Source: Chrysomallon squamiferum
Taxonomy: Eukaryota; Animalia; Mollusca
Assembly: GCA_012295275.1 (NCBI GenBank)
Contig: CM022668.1
Location: 124,001 to 188,000 of the forward strand
DNA: 64,000 nucleotides
Direction: 5' to 3'
Below, piece after piece: positions 38,181-53,120 of this stretch (position 1 is its first letter; each line of letters starts with the position of its first letter). The translations under genes and the position numbers were made by a program. The notes beneath the pieces were generated by a model that was not told where the DNA came from, ran no database searches, and was given only the letters and a program-made list of their open reading frames with translations.

Positions 38181-39783
38181 CATGCACACGCGCACAACGT
38201 AACTTAGTATGCACTACCTATTTTATTTAATCGCTTTAATTAGGGGTGGGATAGGGTCGTTGTAGATTCTTGGTTTATACCAATCTGGATGTGTTTTCTT
38301 GTCAGTTTCAAATAACGGTGTAAACGAAATTTAGAACGTATCGTTTACAGTTTCTACTTAAATGTTAAATGTTCTTCACTTCTTTTAAAGCCATTAAGAT
38401 GAAATCTCTGAAAAAAATGCACAGCGTGTTTCATTATTTTATTTATTCAGTTAGTTGTTTGTTCCATTTTCTTTTCTTTTTTATATTTATTACTATTACC
38501 AATAAATACTATTACCATTCGTATTACTTGAACTAATACTACGACTCCTAGCACTACTGTTACTACTACTACAATCACTACTACTGCTACAAGCATTACA
38601 CTATCACTATCATTACTATTTCTACTACTGTTAATTTTATTTTGTTATTGCTGTTGAGTCTTTGCGAAGGAAACAGAAATCAAGAAAGAACCGTATTTAA
38701 AAACACCAGTAACAAACACTTATTTTCTTTTTTATGTAAATTGCTATTAAAACAGAAACAAATACAGTTAGGTCCTATGTTTCGGAATAAATATTCTTTC
38801 GGGGTAACAAAGTTTTAATATATAGACAAGTTCAAATAGCGCGAACAGAAGAAAAAAATACTTTAATAATGCATCGTTTTATTTGATCTGTGCATACGAT
38901 CTAACAAACCTAGAGGATATGTAAATAAACAACATTTTTATTATGAAAGGTGTTAATTAAAAAAGTAGTTGTACTTAAGTAAAATTATGGGGATATGGAA
39001 TGCGATACAATTACTCTCTCTCTCTCTCTCTCTCTCGCTTGATTGGTTCACAACTGATACTTCTGTGATGAAAAATTCTTCAAAACATTTATGTTATTGC
39101 AAAGTAAATAAATACATAACAAAAATACCAGCAACATAAACAGGAGTAATAATAATAACAACAACAACAACAACAACAACAAATAATAATAATAATAATA
39201 ATAATTGAAAAATTGGGGAAAAAAAAGAAAAAAAAAAGAAAGTCAAACAAAGAAAAACATTCAACTCCAAACACAGAACACGAATTCCACTACGCCAAAT
39301 CCACATCGCTACGAAAGTAACCGAAAAATGTCGAACAGCATTCCTGCGACGAGTTATGCGAGGAATATGTACAACGAAAACAACCAAAGAATGACGAATG
39401 TCATTTTTCCAGCTCACACAGTCAGTTTATACGAAAGACATGTATCGAGTTTAAATTAATACAGACGTGACATACTTCTAGTTTATAATTAACCATCTCG
39501 TGCGATGTTCATTGCAAGAATTATGAACTAGAAGTTGTAATTGACAATACAGCGAATTAAACAACAATACAAGAAATCTGTCAAGTATTTGAAGTTTCAC
39601 AGAAATAAATGGGAAAACGGGTGGAATATAACAAATTAATTGTTATTTGGAATGTAGAAGAAAAATAAATAGATGACCGATCAAAATTTAAAATTATTTT
39701 TCTGAATGAAATTAGTTGAAAATAATATTATTAGAGTAAGGAGAAAGTGTTGTGTTTGTTTGAGTGTGCGTGTATTATTTATT

Positions 39784-39884
<101 letters not shown>

Positions 39885-39928
39885 GCAATACATATAAAAG
39901 GACCAAAATATCTCTAATACCCATTATT

Positions 39929-39967
<39 letters not shown>

Positions 39968-40084
39968 TCAATGACTGAAGCAAGTAATAAAGAATAGACT
40001 GAAGAGAGAAGCAAAAAAGAAAGAAATAAAGAAACGATGACTAGGATCTTAAGACGGCATTGTAATCAATACATCACTGAAACA

Positions 40085-40256
40085 TGGTGTTGTAACAGAT
40101 ATTCTAAACAAAATCACAACACATGTTTATAAAACTTGATGTAACAGATACTCTAAACAAAAATCACAGCACATGTAGCGTTGTAACCTACAATATAGTG
40201 AAAAATCACAGCACATGTAGCGTTGTAACCTACAATATAGTGAAAAATCACAACAG
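40085..40256. repeat. Short tandem duplication cluster (42-bp unit twice, plus degenerate upstream units)
   Basis: AAAATCACAGCACATGTAGCGTTGTAACCTACAATATAGTGA occurs twice exactly, preceded by two TGTAACAGATA.TCTAAACAAAA units. Confidence 0.85.
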
Positions 40257-40677
40257 TTACCTTACAGACAGCGATACTGGAGAAACAGACCGCGTAGTGG
40301 GCAAAGAATCAAAAATATACATCTGTTTTGTACCGTATACAACGTTATGATGTATCTGTGCTTGCATGGTAATATTTTTTGTTGAGAGAGAGAGAGAGAG
40401 AGAGAGACTAACATAGACACATCATAATCAAAGAGTTTATATTACACAAACCTGTGTATATGTGTGTATAAAGTGTATATAATATGTACATACATAAATA
40501 ACCACATATATACACACACACACACAAATACACAGGTATATGTAATTAATAGCACATTAATTATGCTGTGTGTATGTGTTTCAGAAAGAGCAGATTTTAA
40601 AAGAAAAAAGAATATATATAAATATATATAAATAACTATTTAAAAAACATAGTAACGATGATGATGATGATGATGAC

Positions 40678-40735
<58 letters not shown>

Positions 40736-42604
40736 TAACAACAACAACAATAAGATGAATGAACGGATGGCTGAATGCCTTGAAATGACATTTTTCTTTA
40801 TTTTTATTTATTTCTTTATTTATTATTATTATTTTTTTAATGAAAATGTGGGACATAATTATTTTTTTTATTATAAATGTCATTATTATATTGTACCTAT
40901 AACATAACTGTAGAATATTTAATACAATGCATGTGTTATTAATGTACAAGTATTATAGATTAAGGTGAATGATGCTGAATGTAGTGGTTAATCACATTTA
41001 AAGCTGGGTGGTAATAGAACAGTTTCCACTACTACCACAGCTGTATCACTACTGTTACAGTTACTACTATTACGTCTGTATTTCTCTACCTCGTGGTTAT
41101 AGACGAGGCGGCGCACCACAGATACTGTTTTAAAGAAACGCCGTTTGTGTTCTGACTTGTGTTTGGTATGGATTTCAACTCGCCACATCTGTTTGTGTCT
41201 TTGTCTGTATATGTTTCATCATACGTAGAGAAATGTACAGATTTTTACTCTGTTAAACTGTACAGTTCTGGTTGTAACCTATTGAATGACTGTGGTAATA
41301 TAGGATGTTCAAGGTAAAATAATGAAGAGTAAATTATATATGATTTTATCTCTTTGTTTCTCTTTTTCAGTCTTTCTTTCTTTTTCTCAGCATATCCTCT
41401 AATTTATACTTGTGTGTGCGTGTAGGTGTGGGTGGATGTTTTGTGAGTGATTTGTGTATGTATTTTTTGTTCATGAATTATCTTTTTATATGCATACAAT
41501 TTGTACATATGCATGCATATATAAAAACGGTACACACACACAAACACACACACACACGCACAACACCAATACACGAACAAACAAATTAATATAGTAAACC
41601 ATATAGTGTGAGAATGAAAGATAAACAGTGACAGAAAAACAGATAAAGGCATCCATTGCTATTTAGCAAAAACGATCAAACAAAATTTAAAAACAAGGTC
41701 CGGATCCAGATCAAACAATGAGTAGGTGATGAGAATGAGCACAAATCCGTGAGTGAGTAATGAGTTCGAGCATTCATTCAGTTTAGTAAAAACTAAGATA
41801 GTGAAATACTCACCTCATTTTACTCGGAGAGTTACAATAATGTTTTTTTTTGTTTGTTTACTGCTTCTACTTCTTCTTCTTCTTCTTCTTGTGGTTATTG
41901 TCATTAAGCAAATATTCCAGCGATTCTTTCTTCATTCATCCATTTTCTTTCATTCATTAATTCATTCCTTCATTCGTTTGGTGCAAGGTGTATTGTTTTT
42001 TTTACATCATTTTTGTATTATCTTTTCTTATTTTTTTCTTTGTGTCGTATTTTCTATTTTATTCCTTTCTTTCACTCTACAGTTAATAACACATCATTAT
42101 AAAATTCCACCCCCACCCATTCAAAATCATGCCTTGCCCCCTTCTTCAGTTCCATCTTGCCAAACTAAAAAGTTAAGTGAGAAAATGAAATAGACACGCC
42201 CAAGTTTTATTTATTTCCTCCGAATCTGTCTACTCATAAACTCAGCGAATTGGCAATTATTCTGGTGTTTTTTAAAAAATATATATATATTTTTTTTCTT
42301 TATTATTTATGGCAATTTATCAGCTGTGATGTAGTTGTTGCTCGCTATCTTTATCGATGTTGGCACGTTGTCGATTCCGATGTTGTTTATTTCTTGAGGT
42401 ATTTTGGCATGAAGTGTTTTCTCTGTTTCGTTTCTTCAAGTTCACAAACCTCGGTGTTTATTTACATACTGGTTTAATATACACGATCGGAAATATAACA
42501 GTAAGCATGCGCAGTAGTTCTCGTAAGCTTATTTTGTATGTAATCTTAAACTGTTTTGAAACTATTATGGTTTTATTTAAGGACTGTAACTCTGAAGAAC
42601 CTGA

Positions 42605-42691
<87 letters not shown>

Positions 42692-43669
42692 CCTTCTGTA
42701 ATTTTTCTTTTCATTCATATTTTTATCTGTTTCCTGTCTGTTCCTTTCTTTCTTACATATATTTCTTTATCTTTTCTCTTCATTTTTTTCATTTCTTTTC
42801 TTTCATTTTTATTATTCTTCCTCTTTCTTTCTTTCATTTTTCTGTTTTCTTTTAATCATTCTGTAACAATCTTTAGTTCAAAACTTTTCAAATTTTTTCT
42901 CCCCCCTCCCTCCACCATAATCAGACAGATTACTACTCGGTCTAATCTCGTTTTACGAGACATTTCTACGTCTGAACTTTCAGGAAAAGTCAGACATTAA
43001 AACTGCTGAAAAGAAATATATCTCTCTCTGATGCATATACCTTTATGATGTCTGGGGCCGTTACATAGTTTTTCATTTCAATGATGAGTGAAAGAACGAA
43101 TGAAACTAATGAATGAATGAATGAATGAATAGATGGCTAAGTTTTAATTTTTTATTCATTAATAGCATAGAAAAGAAAATATTATTCTAATAGATATATA
43201 TATATATATATAAATGCATGGTTTAATGTATGTATGTAGGCAGGTATATAGGTAGGTGAGTATATATACGTATATATGGTTATATATTTGTATGTATGCA
43301 TGCATGCATGCATGTATGTATGTATGTATGTACGTATGTATGGATGGATGGATGGATATTAAAGTATTTTATTGTCTGTATGATGTTTTTGTGTTTAAAG
43401 ATTCTTGAACCAGTGAGTCTTTTGTTACGTGTTTGTCACCGTGGTTACTAAAATATCAAAACAGTAGCTGACAGTAGAAAATTGTTATACAAATATTTTT
43501 ATCTTCTGTTGTTGAAATTACTTCATGTTTGACTTTTCTCCTCATAAATATTTCATGACGTCAGGAACTGTGACGAGGTTTTAATATAGTAATTTACCAG
43601 CCGCCCTAGACTATGTATGTGTGACATGCATATGCGAGGCCGAACCAAAATGTCCCTTTGTTGCAGGTC

Positions 43670-43770
43670 TACTTTCGTCAGAGGGACAAAAATTAAAGGC
43701 AGTTTTCTTTTTTAACATATTTACAATGTTTATTCACATCCATCACACCAGTACCCACAACGAACATAAA
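43670..43770. repeat. Dispersed repeat fragment (copy 2 of 600-720)
   Basis: Shares ATCACACCAGTACCCACAAC and aligned flanks with 600-720. Confidence 0.6.
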
Positions 43771-46737
43771 GCATATTTAGTAGTTGACCACCTTACGTAA
43801 TCACCGCTGTTGCGTCTTAATTAAAGTTATGTCATAATTAGCATTATCTTGAAAAATCCATAATTTGAGTTATTATTATTACTGTTGTCTTCCAGAGATC
43901 ATGTTCCTTACATTGTGCAGCTGTTGTTTTTGCTATTGATGATCTAGTTGTTTGAAATGGTAGTGCTATTACAACTTGTACAAGTAGTATATGGAGAAGT
44001 GTTTGTAGTTGCTGTTGTTGCTGTTATTATTGTTATTTTTCTGCTTCTACTGATTATGCACTTATTACTGAAGTTGTCTTCATTATACTTTCGGCGGCAG
44101 GACAAGTAATAGCAGTTGTAGTAATAGTCGTAGTAGTAATAGAAGCAGTAGTTGTAATAGTACAGGTAACATTAGTGATTGTAGTAGTGGTAGTAGTAGT
44201 AGTAGCAGTAGTTGCAAAGGCAGTAATAGCTGTAGTATAGCTTTTGTCTGGCTACGTTTAAACCGTTAATTTTAAAATTAAAATGAGTATAATAGAATAA
44301 ATAAATAAAAAATGGGGCCCGAGCAGCGATTTAGATAAATATAATAAATATGCGCACAAGCATCTTTATACTTGGACAGGGCGCACTTATCGTTTTATGC
44401 TAAAACTAACCTCGAAAGTAGAGTTGACAGATCTAACTTCAAGATGAAACTATCTCCGAAATGAAAGTTATATCACAAATAAATTGTCAACTTTATCATG
44501 TCTGCGTTCATCAAAACCATTAAATATTCCTCAAATACCGTGACTAATCTTATTGGTGTCATAAGATTGTAACCAAATACTGTTACACAACTACTGATAC
44601 TGTAATAACCAATAATACTTCTAGTACTGCAGCTGCTAATCCCAATATTAATACTAATATTACTAGCACTAGCATTGTCATAGATATTAATACTACTAGC
44701 ACAGTTATCACTGCTGCTGCTGCTGCTGCTACTACTACTACTACTACTACTACTACCAGTTCTGCTACTGATGCTACTGCAGTCATATTACAATTGCTAT
44801 TGTTACATCTACTAATTTTATAGCTATTACTACTACTACAATTACTACTACTACAATTACTACTGCTACAATTACCATTACTACTGCCACTACTAATTTA
44901 CTCCTACTCTACTACGATTACTACTACTACTATGCTACTACTCCACTACAACCACTACAACAATTATATTACTACTAATATCATAACTACTACTTTCGCT
45001 ATTACAACTTCTATTAATAGTATAGATACTATTACTACACTTGCCTCTACTACCACTACTGCTATTTTTACGGTAAAATCTTCCTGTTATTTAACTTTTT
45101 TTATTGTGAACAGAAAGAGTGACTTCAAATCTTTTTCAAATAGTCAGATTACTTATTTCTGTACAATAATGAAAACGTAAAATAATTTACCCTAAAACTA
45201 ACTGAACAGACATTGCCATTAGCATATCGCTAATATAAGTTTGTTGTAAAGTGGAAATAAAAACTTGTGTTTAGCATTTTAGTCAATTGACAGCTCGAGA
45301 AATTGCTAATTTAGCAGCGAGAGATTCTGTAAATTAAGTTTTGAGCAATTTCCTACATTGCTCTCGTTAATGTTATACTGAGACAACCAGAAGTTAGAAA
45401 ATCGAGACCTAACTAATCAGAATAGTTTGGCTTTTTCCGCAGAGGCGTCACAAATACGAGTTGCGACTGTGCAGTGTATGTGGTAATGACTTTGAAGGTT
45501 TGTAGTTCAAATTCAGAAAACATTATGGATGTCATTTGATTGTTTGTTTGTGATGGTTCTAAAGAAAGAAATCAATTATTATAAGTTATGAAGATATTAC
45601 TACACACTTTATTTTAATTACCATTACTACAGCTAATAGTACTAGTACTACTTTTGCTATTTCCACTTCCATTAATATTATAGCTACTATTATTATAGTT
45701 GCCACTACCACTATTACTACTACCACTACCACTACTACTACCACCACTATTACTAGTAGTAGTACTGCTTCTGATACTATTACTCTACTATTAGTAGTAG
45801 TAGTGATAGTAATAGTAGTTGTAGCAATGAAAATAATAATAACAATAATAATAATAATAATAATAAAACTATTACCACAATTATCACTCCTATCTAAACA
45901 GTAACTTAACCTAACACTAGAATGACCTCTTTGTCGCTATTGTTTATAAACTACTTTTGCTACTATTGTTTTATCACTACTGATACTAAAGCAATTACTG
46001 CTAATGCTGCATTTAATGATTTACTACTCTTACTGAATTACTTTTACTATCACTACTACTACGATTATTGCTGCTGCTACTACTTCTACTACTACTATTA
46101 CTACTATTACTCTTATAACTATTACTATTTCTTCTATACTACATCTAGTAGCTACTGCTACAATACAGCTCCAAAGACCACAAATAAGCCACATATTAGA
46201 ATAAAATAAGAATAAATCTGTGACGACTTTGACGTGATCGGACGATTATCACGTGCACACATTTCTTCTAAACCAGACAGCACATTCCTGGCATTGCAGT
46301 CAATGTTCTTTCTAGAAAATTAACAACTCTATCTTACCTTGCCACCGCAAACATATCACATAGAGCCATCTAGCGAGTTTCGAACAGATCCGCGACGCGG
46401 CGGAACTTACAGCTCAGTTTAGCAGAAATAGTTTCGCAGAGAATTCTCTTTTATTTGGATTTTGATTCATTTTGTAAACTGTTACCTAAAATTATATTTA
46501 TTTATTTATTTATATATTTCTTATTTATTTTTTTTAATTATTGTTACCCGTTATTTTTGTTGTTTATTCTACCACCTGTCTGTATTTATAATCAACAAAA
46601 TTTTCATTCGTAATTATTTTAAAATTCTTGTTTCTATATTTATTTATTTATTTATTTTCTTATTTTCTTTTTCTTTTTTATTTTCTTCTTCATTTTCTTC
46701 CGCACCATGCAAATTTTGTAGCATAAACAACAGAACC

Positions 46738-46769
<32 letters not shown>

Positions 46770-47243
46770 TAATGGCAACAAGAACCGTAATTATTAATTA
46801 CCAAATATTAAATCTCAGCCGTCTGTTATCAACCATTTTAATCTTTTCTTTTTATCTCTTCCTCTCTCTGTTTTAATGTATCATGAACAATTACAAATAT
46901 ATTGTCAAGAAAATTCAAAATGCTGTAACAACAACATCGACATCGGAGATCTTTTAAAGCATATCAAAACTATTTCAACGGCGACATCACTACCACGGTA
47001 ACATCATTTTAGAAAAGTTATTACCAGCAATGGAAAAAATTGTTTAGAATATTGAATATCTGTCTGCATCTGCGCACTGTTGAACTGTGAACAGGGGACT
47101 TGTGACTCACACAAAGAACCGCAAAGTTGCTACAGTTAGACTTGAGAGACATCCATGAACAAAGATTCGTTATGACACGTGATTTTCTCATTTGAAGAAA
47201 TTTCTGACATCTTCAGTTTGAACTCACTGACAAAACAAGTTTT

Positions 47244-47283
<40 letters not shown>

Positions 47284-47653
47284 TTTTTTTGTTTATCCAT
47301 TAGCTGATTTGTAACTTATTATACTTATTTCATTATTATTATTTATTAAATTAACTTAACTCTGTCTCCTACTAATAATATTACATGTTATTTCTCATGC
47401 TTTATACATAAGTAACAAAACCAAGATTACCATTGACTACACACTCCAGGCTCCCAGCATAAAAAAGGACATTCTGTACTTGACAAAACAAAGGTGCTTG
47501 AACTGGTTTTTGGAGGAAGAGGAGCACACGAAAAATTGATTACTAACTCGGCCAACCCGTCACACGACTTCTAGAATATACACAAGTAAACAAGATTTTG
47601 TCCAGTTTACAAATGGACCTCCATCCGCTTTTTAAACTGCTTATAAATTTGTT

Positions 47654-47686
<33 letters not shown>

Positions 47687-48063
47687 AATTAATTAAATTG
47701 TTTTAAGAATGTCTGTACGTGCCATGTTGGATGTATCTGAGTATGCATGTGTATGTGTGCGTGACTGTATTTGTATGAAAATTATCTAAACACTGAAGAA
47801 CATAGTCACAAAGCGACTCCTCGCTGACCGATCGGCAGTCTTTTCATTTCAAGGGTGATGTCATTGATAAATCTGACGTCATTTAGTCATCCTGTTACAG
47901 TCGATCTATTTGCTGTCCTTTACGTGTCTCATGGGATGGTCCTTCTGGGTCAAGTTAAAGGTCAAGGAAAAATGACGTATGTCGTATGAATTGAATTATT
48001 AGTAAAACAAACCGGTAATTAAACTTAATTTACTACTTCTATCATTACAACTAGTAGCAGACG

Positions 48064-48119
48064 TAGTAGTAGTAGTAGTAGTAGTAAGTAGTAGTAGTAG
48101 TAGTAGTAGTAGTAAGTAA

Positions 48120-48183
<64 letters not shown>
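48064..48183. repeat. (TAG)n microsatellite
   Basis: Seen directly. Degenerate TAG/CTA-rich tracts also occur at about 27375-27480, 44100-44240, 44600-45060, 45620-46160 and 58930-59310. Confidence 0.95.
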
Positions 48184-49046
48184 TATATCAAATGTGTACT
48201 ACTACTTCGATTTGTGGTTCTATTACTACTATTAACGCAGGAAAATGTGAAATACTCGAACCGGACTTAAACCAATCATGTTAGTCGTATTCGACGGTGA
48301 ACAAGCGAAACGAAGTTTGGAAGCCTGTATTGATCAGCTCGACCTGTCCGTACTGTTTAAGTAAATAATACTTTCCACACAACCTTCACTCATTAGTTTA
48401 GTAATTTTGCCAGCGGTCACGGAGAGGTAGGCAATTTCAGAATCCAGTAGACAGAATCCGAGAGAATTTGGTTGAAGAGAGATGGCTTCAGAGAATCGAA
48501 CATTCTGATGTGTTTTTAAGGAAATTGCTCGTATAAAATGTCTAAGCATTTTATCTTATGAAATGTTGGTCTACAGTAATAAAAGATGGGTAAAACATTT
48601 TTAACAATTTAAATAATCATAAAACTCCAATTAAATATCTTATATTTTTTCTCTCTCTTTTTCTATCTGTCTACCATCGGTCTGTTGTCTGTCTACATTA
48701 CTACTATTACAGGTTCTTCTACAATTAGTTTTATTGCAAGTTATGTTAATACTACTATTACCACACTCTTACTACTACTGTTACAAGTAGTTGTACCAAT
48801 ACTACAAGTATGAAAAATTCTAATGCAACTACTATTAACTTAATAGCTCATACTATTACAGGCAATAGCGCAAATACTGTTGGCCTATTGCTATTATTAC
48901 CAGTACTGTTAAAATTACAATATTGTTATTACTATTGCTAATACAAGTACTACTGTAACCACTGCCAGCTTACAGCTAGAGGGGTGCTAGTCGAAATAGG
49001 ATTGTTAATTCTCATTCAGGAAAGTCCACACTCATATATACACCAA

Positions 49047-49145
<99 letters not shown>

Positions 49146-49287
49146 TTGCTTCCACGATGCTTCATTCTCTATTAAACTCATTATGACGTAACAAGTTTAG
49201 TATGATGTTCACAAAACTGAAAATGAAAAATATTAATCGAAGTACAAAAGCTGTAATAATAGTTATTATTATTATTATTATTATTAT

Positions 49288-49320
<33 letters not shown>

Positions 49321-49779
49321 AGATGCTAAACATCTGAAGTTGAGCAATTAATAAGTTTTATTTTAATAATCTTTATTACGCAGCAAGAAGAAGAAAAAGA
49401 AAGTTTTGTGGTTTCGCTTTAATCTTATATCATTTATTTAAATAATTTCGTAAAATGTTGCTTAGTGAATCTCCGGAATTAAAACTTCCATCTGCCGTGG
49501 TTTTTCGGAGGACCTCGGAGAATTCCGTTCTCATTAAGAGTCAACGGTCGGCACCCCGGGGGGTCGTTTATGTCTGACCGTAAAACGGGTCAATTTACAG
49601 AGTAGATTACGAACAGCAGTAAAAGAATAATTTCATCTTCATAGCAAAACCAGAAGAGTAAACCAAGTAAATCGTGATGGTTGCCACGGTAACTTGTTAC
49701 GACAATCTTTTATCGTTCAGGGAAAAAGGTTTCGCATTAGAGGTGTAACACAGTGGGCGTCACTGTCATTATCATTATC

Positions 49780-49855
<76 letters not shown>

Positions 49856-50058
49856 CTACTGCTGCTGCTACTAGTAGTGCTACTATTACTATTAGTTAGA
49901 CAGTTAATTAATTATGTTTGTTTATTTTTATTAGTTATGATTAGTTTTATACATACATACACACACACACACATACACACACACATATAGAGACAGACAC
50001 ACAAATACACAGAGATATATGTAACATATATATATATATATAATATACTGACAAAAAC

Positions 50059-50134
<76 letters not shown>

Positions 50135-51619
50135 AGCTATCTTAATGGTTCGTAACCATGTGTATGTAATCATATATTAAATAAGTTAAGGATAACGAGG
50201 ATGTTTTCTGAACCGCGTGTTCTTGTCAGACTGTAAAGTTTTTTCAGGGAGAAGTTATATTTGTTTGATCTCCGTCATATCCATGTTTCTACATAGTTCT
50301 AATTACAGTACTTGTGGAAATTTTGAAAAAATGTTTAAAGCAAAATGACTGCGATATTTTACGTCACTTACTATAAAGTATTGTTTTTAAAAAATTAAAG
50401 GCGACAGAGCTACATAACTTTCAAAATCTTTACTTTATTTTTATTTGCTATTTTTAAATTTAATACATCATCATTATTATCATGTTGTTGCGGTTGATGA
50501 TGCTACTGTTTTTCTGGTTTGTTACTGCTTTTGCTATTGTCATTGTAAGTATTAAAATCAGTTAAAATTAGTTTATTTATTTATTTATTTATTTATTTAG
50601 TAATCTATTTACTTATTTATTTATTTATTTTTATTATTTATTTAATAACTAAATTATTTATTTATTTCTTACTTCAAGTCTTTATAAGTCGATGTCTATT
50701 TCCATATGGGTGTGTCCATAGTAGGTCCACTGTCTATCATCTCTATTAATTATCTTAATAGCTAATAGCCTAAATAGCTAAGTATATATCTAGCTACTTA
50801 TGTACCAATATATCTTGCGACCTATACACATACACATATAACCAGGCTACATACGTACTAATTACCAACCTACGTCTCTCTATACATGCCTCTTTTATTA
50901 CCCTGCATTTCTCCGCATATATAATTATCAATTTTTTATCACCATTCACTCATGTTTTTTCTTTATAACACATTAATGTTAAGCCTCCAAATTATTTTAA
51001 ATATTGTTTCTTTTTTGTTACTCAGACTTTACAAAGACACATTCAAGCAAATATATACACATACATACAGACATACATACATACATACATACATACATAC
51101 ATACATAAATATATACACATGGATACACGCACAGACACACAGAGAGAGATACAGACACACTTAAGACTAAACTGAATCACCTAAGTTACTAAATTTCTGG
51201 TGTTTTATCAGTACACACAAAGATAAATCTGTAATAAGATGATTACGTCACAGTATTGTTCACGTCATACAATAAGAATGTAATGGTGGAATAGAAAGAA
51301 GCAAATGAAAGGCAAGTTCATTATTTTATTTTATCTTTTAATTATTTTTATTTTTGTTTATTATTGTTATTTTAATCTGCTTTTAATTCATTTGTATATT
51401 TATCTAGCTACTTACTAAATTACTTCCTTATTTAAAATATGTTTCAGACCAACTATTTCTCCATACAAAACATAAGTGTTTGTGTTATTTGTGCTGAAGT
51501 TAATACTGCTAGCACTACTGCTACTACTGTTACTTATACCACAATCATTAGGGCTGCTGTTACTGTTACTCCTACCACTTCTAGTACAGTAATACTAAAG
51601 TAATAATAGTGACAGTATT

Positions 51620-53120
51620 AAAAGCAGCAGGAGGGTGGTAGTTCTTGTAGTGGTAACATCAGCAGTAGCAGCAGGGTGGTAGTTCGTGCAGTAATAACAT
51701 CAGCAGCAGCAGCAGCATGGTGGTAGTTCTTGTAGTAGTAACATCAGCAGCAGCAGCAGCATGGTGGTAGTTCTTGTAGTAGTAACATCAGCAGCAGCAG
51801 CAGCAGCAGGGCGGTAGTTCGTGCAGTAGTAACATCAGCAGCAGCAGCAGCAGGGTGGTAGTTCGTGCAGTAGTAACATCAGCAGCAGCAGCAGCAGGGT
51901 GGTAGTCCGGGCAGTAGTAACATCAGCAGCAGCAGCAGCAGGGTGGTAGTTCGTGCAGTAGTAACATCATCAGCAGCAGCAGCAGGGTGGTAGTTCGGGC
52001 AGTAGTAACATCAGTAACAGCAGCAGGGTGGCAGTTCTTGCCGTGATAACAGCAGCATCAGCAAGAGTGTGATAGTTCTTGTAGTGGTAACAACAACAGA
52101 AACAGGAGAGTGGTAGTTCTTGCAGTGGTAACAACAACAGAAACAGGAGAGTGGTAGTTCTTGTAGTGGTAACAACAACAGAAACAGGAGAGTGGTAGTT
52201 CTTGTAGTGGTAACAACAACAGAAACAGGAGAGTGGTAGTTCTTGCAGTGGTAACAACAACAGAAACAGGAGAGTGGTAGTTCTTGCAGTGGTAACAACA
52301 ACAGAAACAGGAGAGTGGTAGTTCTTGCAGTGGTAACAACAACAGAAACAGGGTGGTGGTAGTTGCAGCACAACAACAGAAACAGGAGTGTGGTAGTTCT
52401 TGCAGTGGTAACAGAAACAGGAGTGTGGTAGTTTTTGCAGTGGTAACAACAACAGAAACAGGAGTGTGGTAGTTCTTGCAGTGGTAACAACAACAGAAAC
52501 AGGAGTGTGGTAGTTCTTGCAGTGGTAACAACAACAGAAACAGGAGTGTGGTAGTTCTTGCAGTGGTAACAACAACAGAAACAGGAGTGTGGTAGTTCCT
52601 GCAGTAACAGCAGCAGCATCTGGAGAGTGGTAGTTCCTGCAGTAACAGTAGCAGCAGGAGAGTGGTAGTTCCTGCAGTGACAGCAGTAGCAGCAGGAGAG
52701 TGGTAGTTCCTGCAGTGACAGCAGTAGCAGCAGGAGAGTGGTAGTTCCTGCAGTGACAGCAGTAGCAGCAGGAGAGTGGTAGTTCCTGCAGTGGTAACAT
52801 TAGCAGCAGGAGAGTGGTAGTTCGTGCAGTAGTAACATTAGCAGCAGGAGAGTGGTAGTTCGTGCAGTAGTAACATTAGCAGCAGGAGAGTGGTAGTTCG
52901 TGCAGTAGTAACATTAGCAGCAGGAGAGTGGTAGTTCCTGCAGTAGTAACATTAGCAGCAGGAGAGTGGTAGTTCGTGCAGTAGTAACATTAGCAGCAGG
53001 AGAGTGGTAGTTCCTGCAGTAGTAACATTAGCAGCAGGAGAGTGGTAGTTCGTGCAGTAGTAACAGTAGCAGCAGGAGAGTGGTAGTTCCTGCAATGGTA
53101 ACATTAGCAGCAGGAGAGTG
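51620..53120. repeat. Composite minisatellite with conserved core GTGGTAGTTC(T/C/G)TG(C/T)AGT and four variant blocks
   Basis: Block 1 (~51620-52030) has variable (CAG)n spacers. Block 2 (~52070-52600) has 41-bp units with AACAACAACAGAAACAGGAG. Blocks 3 and 4 (~52620-53120) have 35- to 38-bp units. Confidence 0.95.

Noticed and set aside
51970-52800. Cys/His-rich ORFs (276, 202 and 158 aa) resembling metallothionein or zinc fingers
   Set aside because: They are translations of a minisatellite with units not divisible by 3; the same peptides appear in all three frames.
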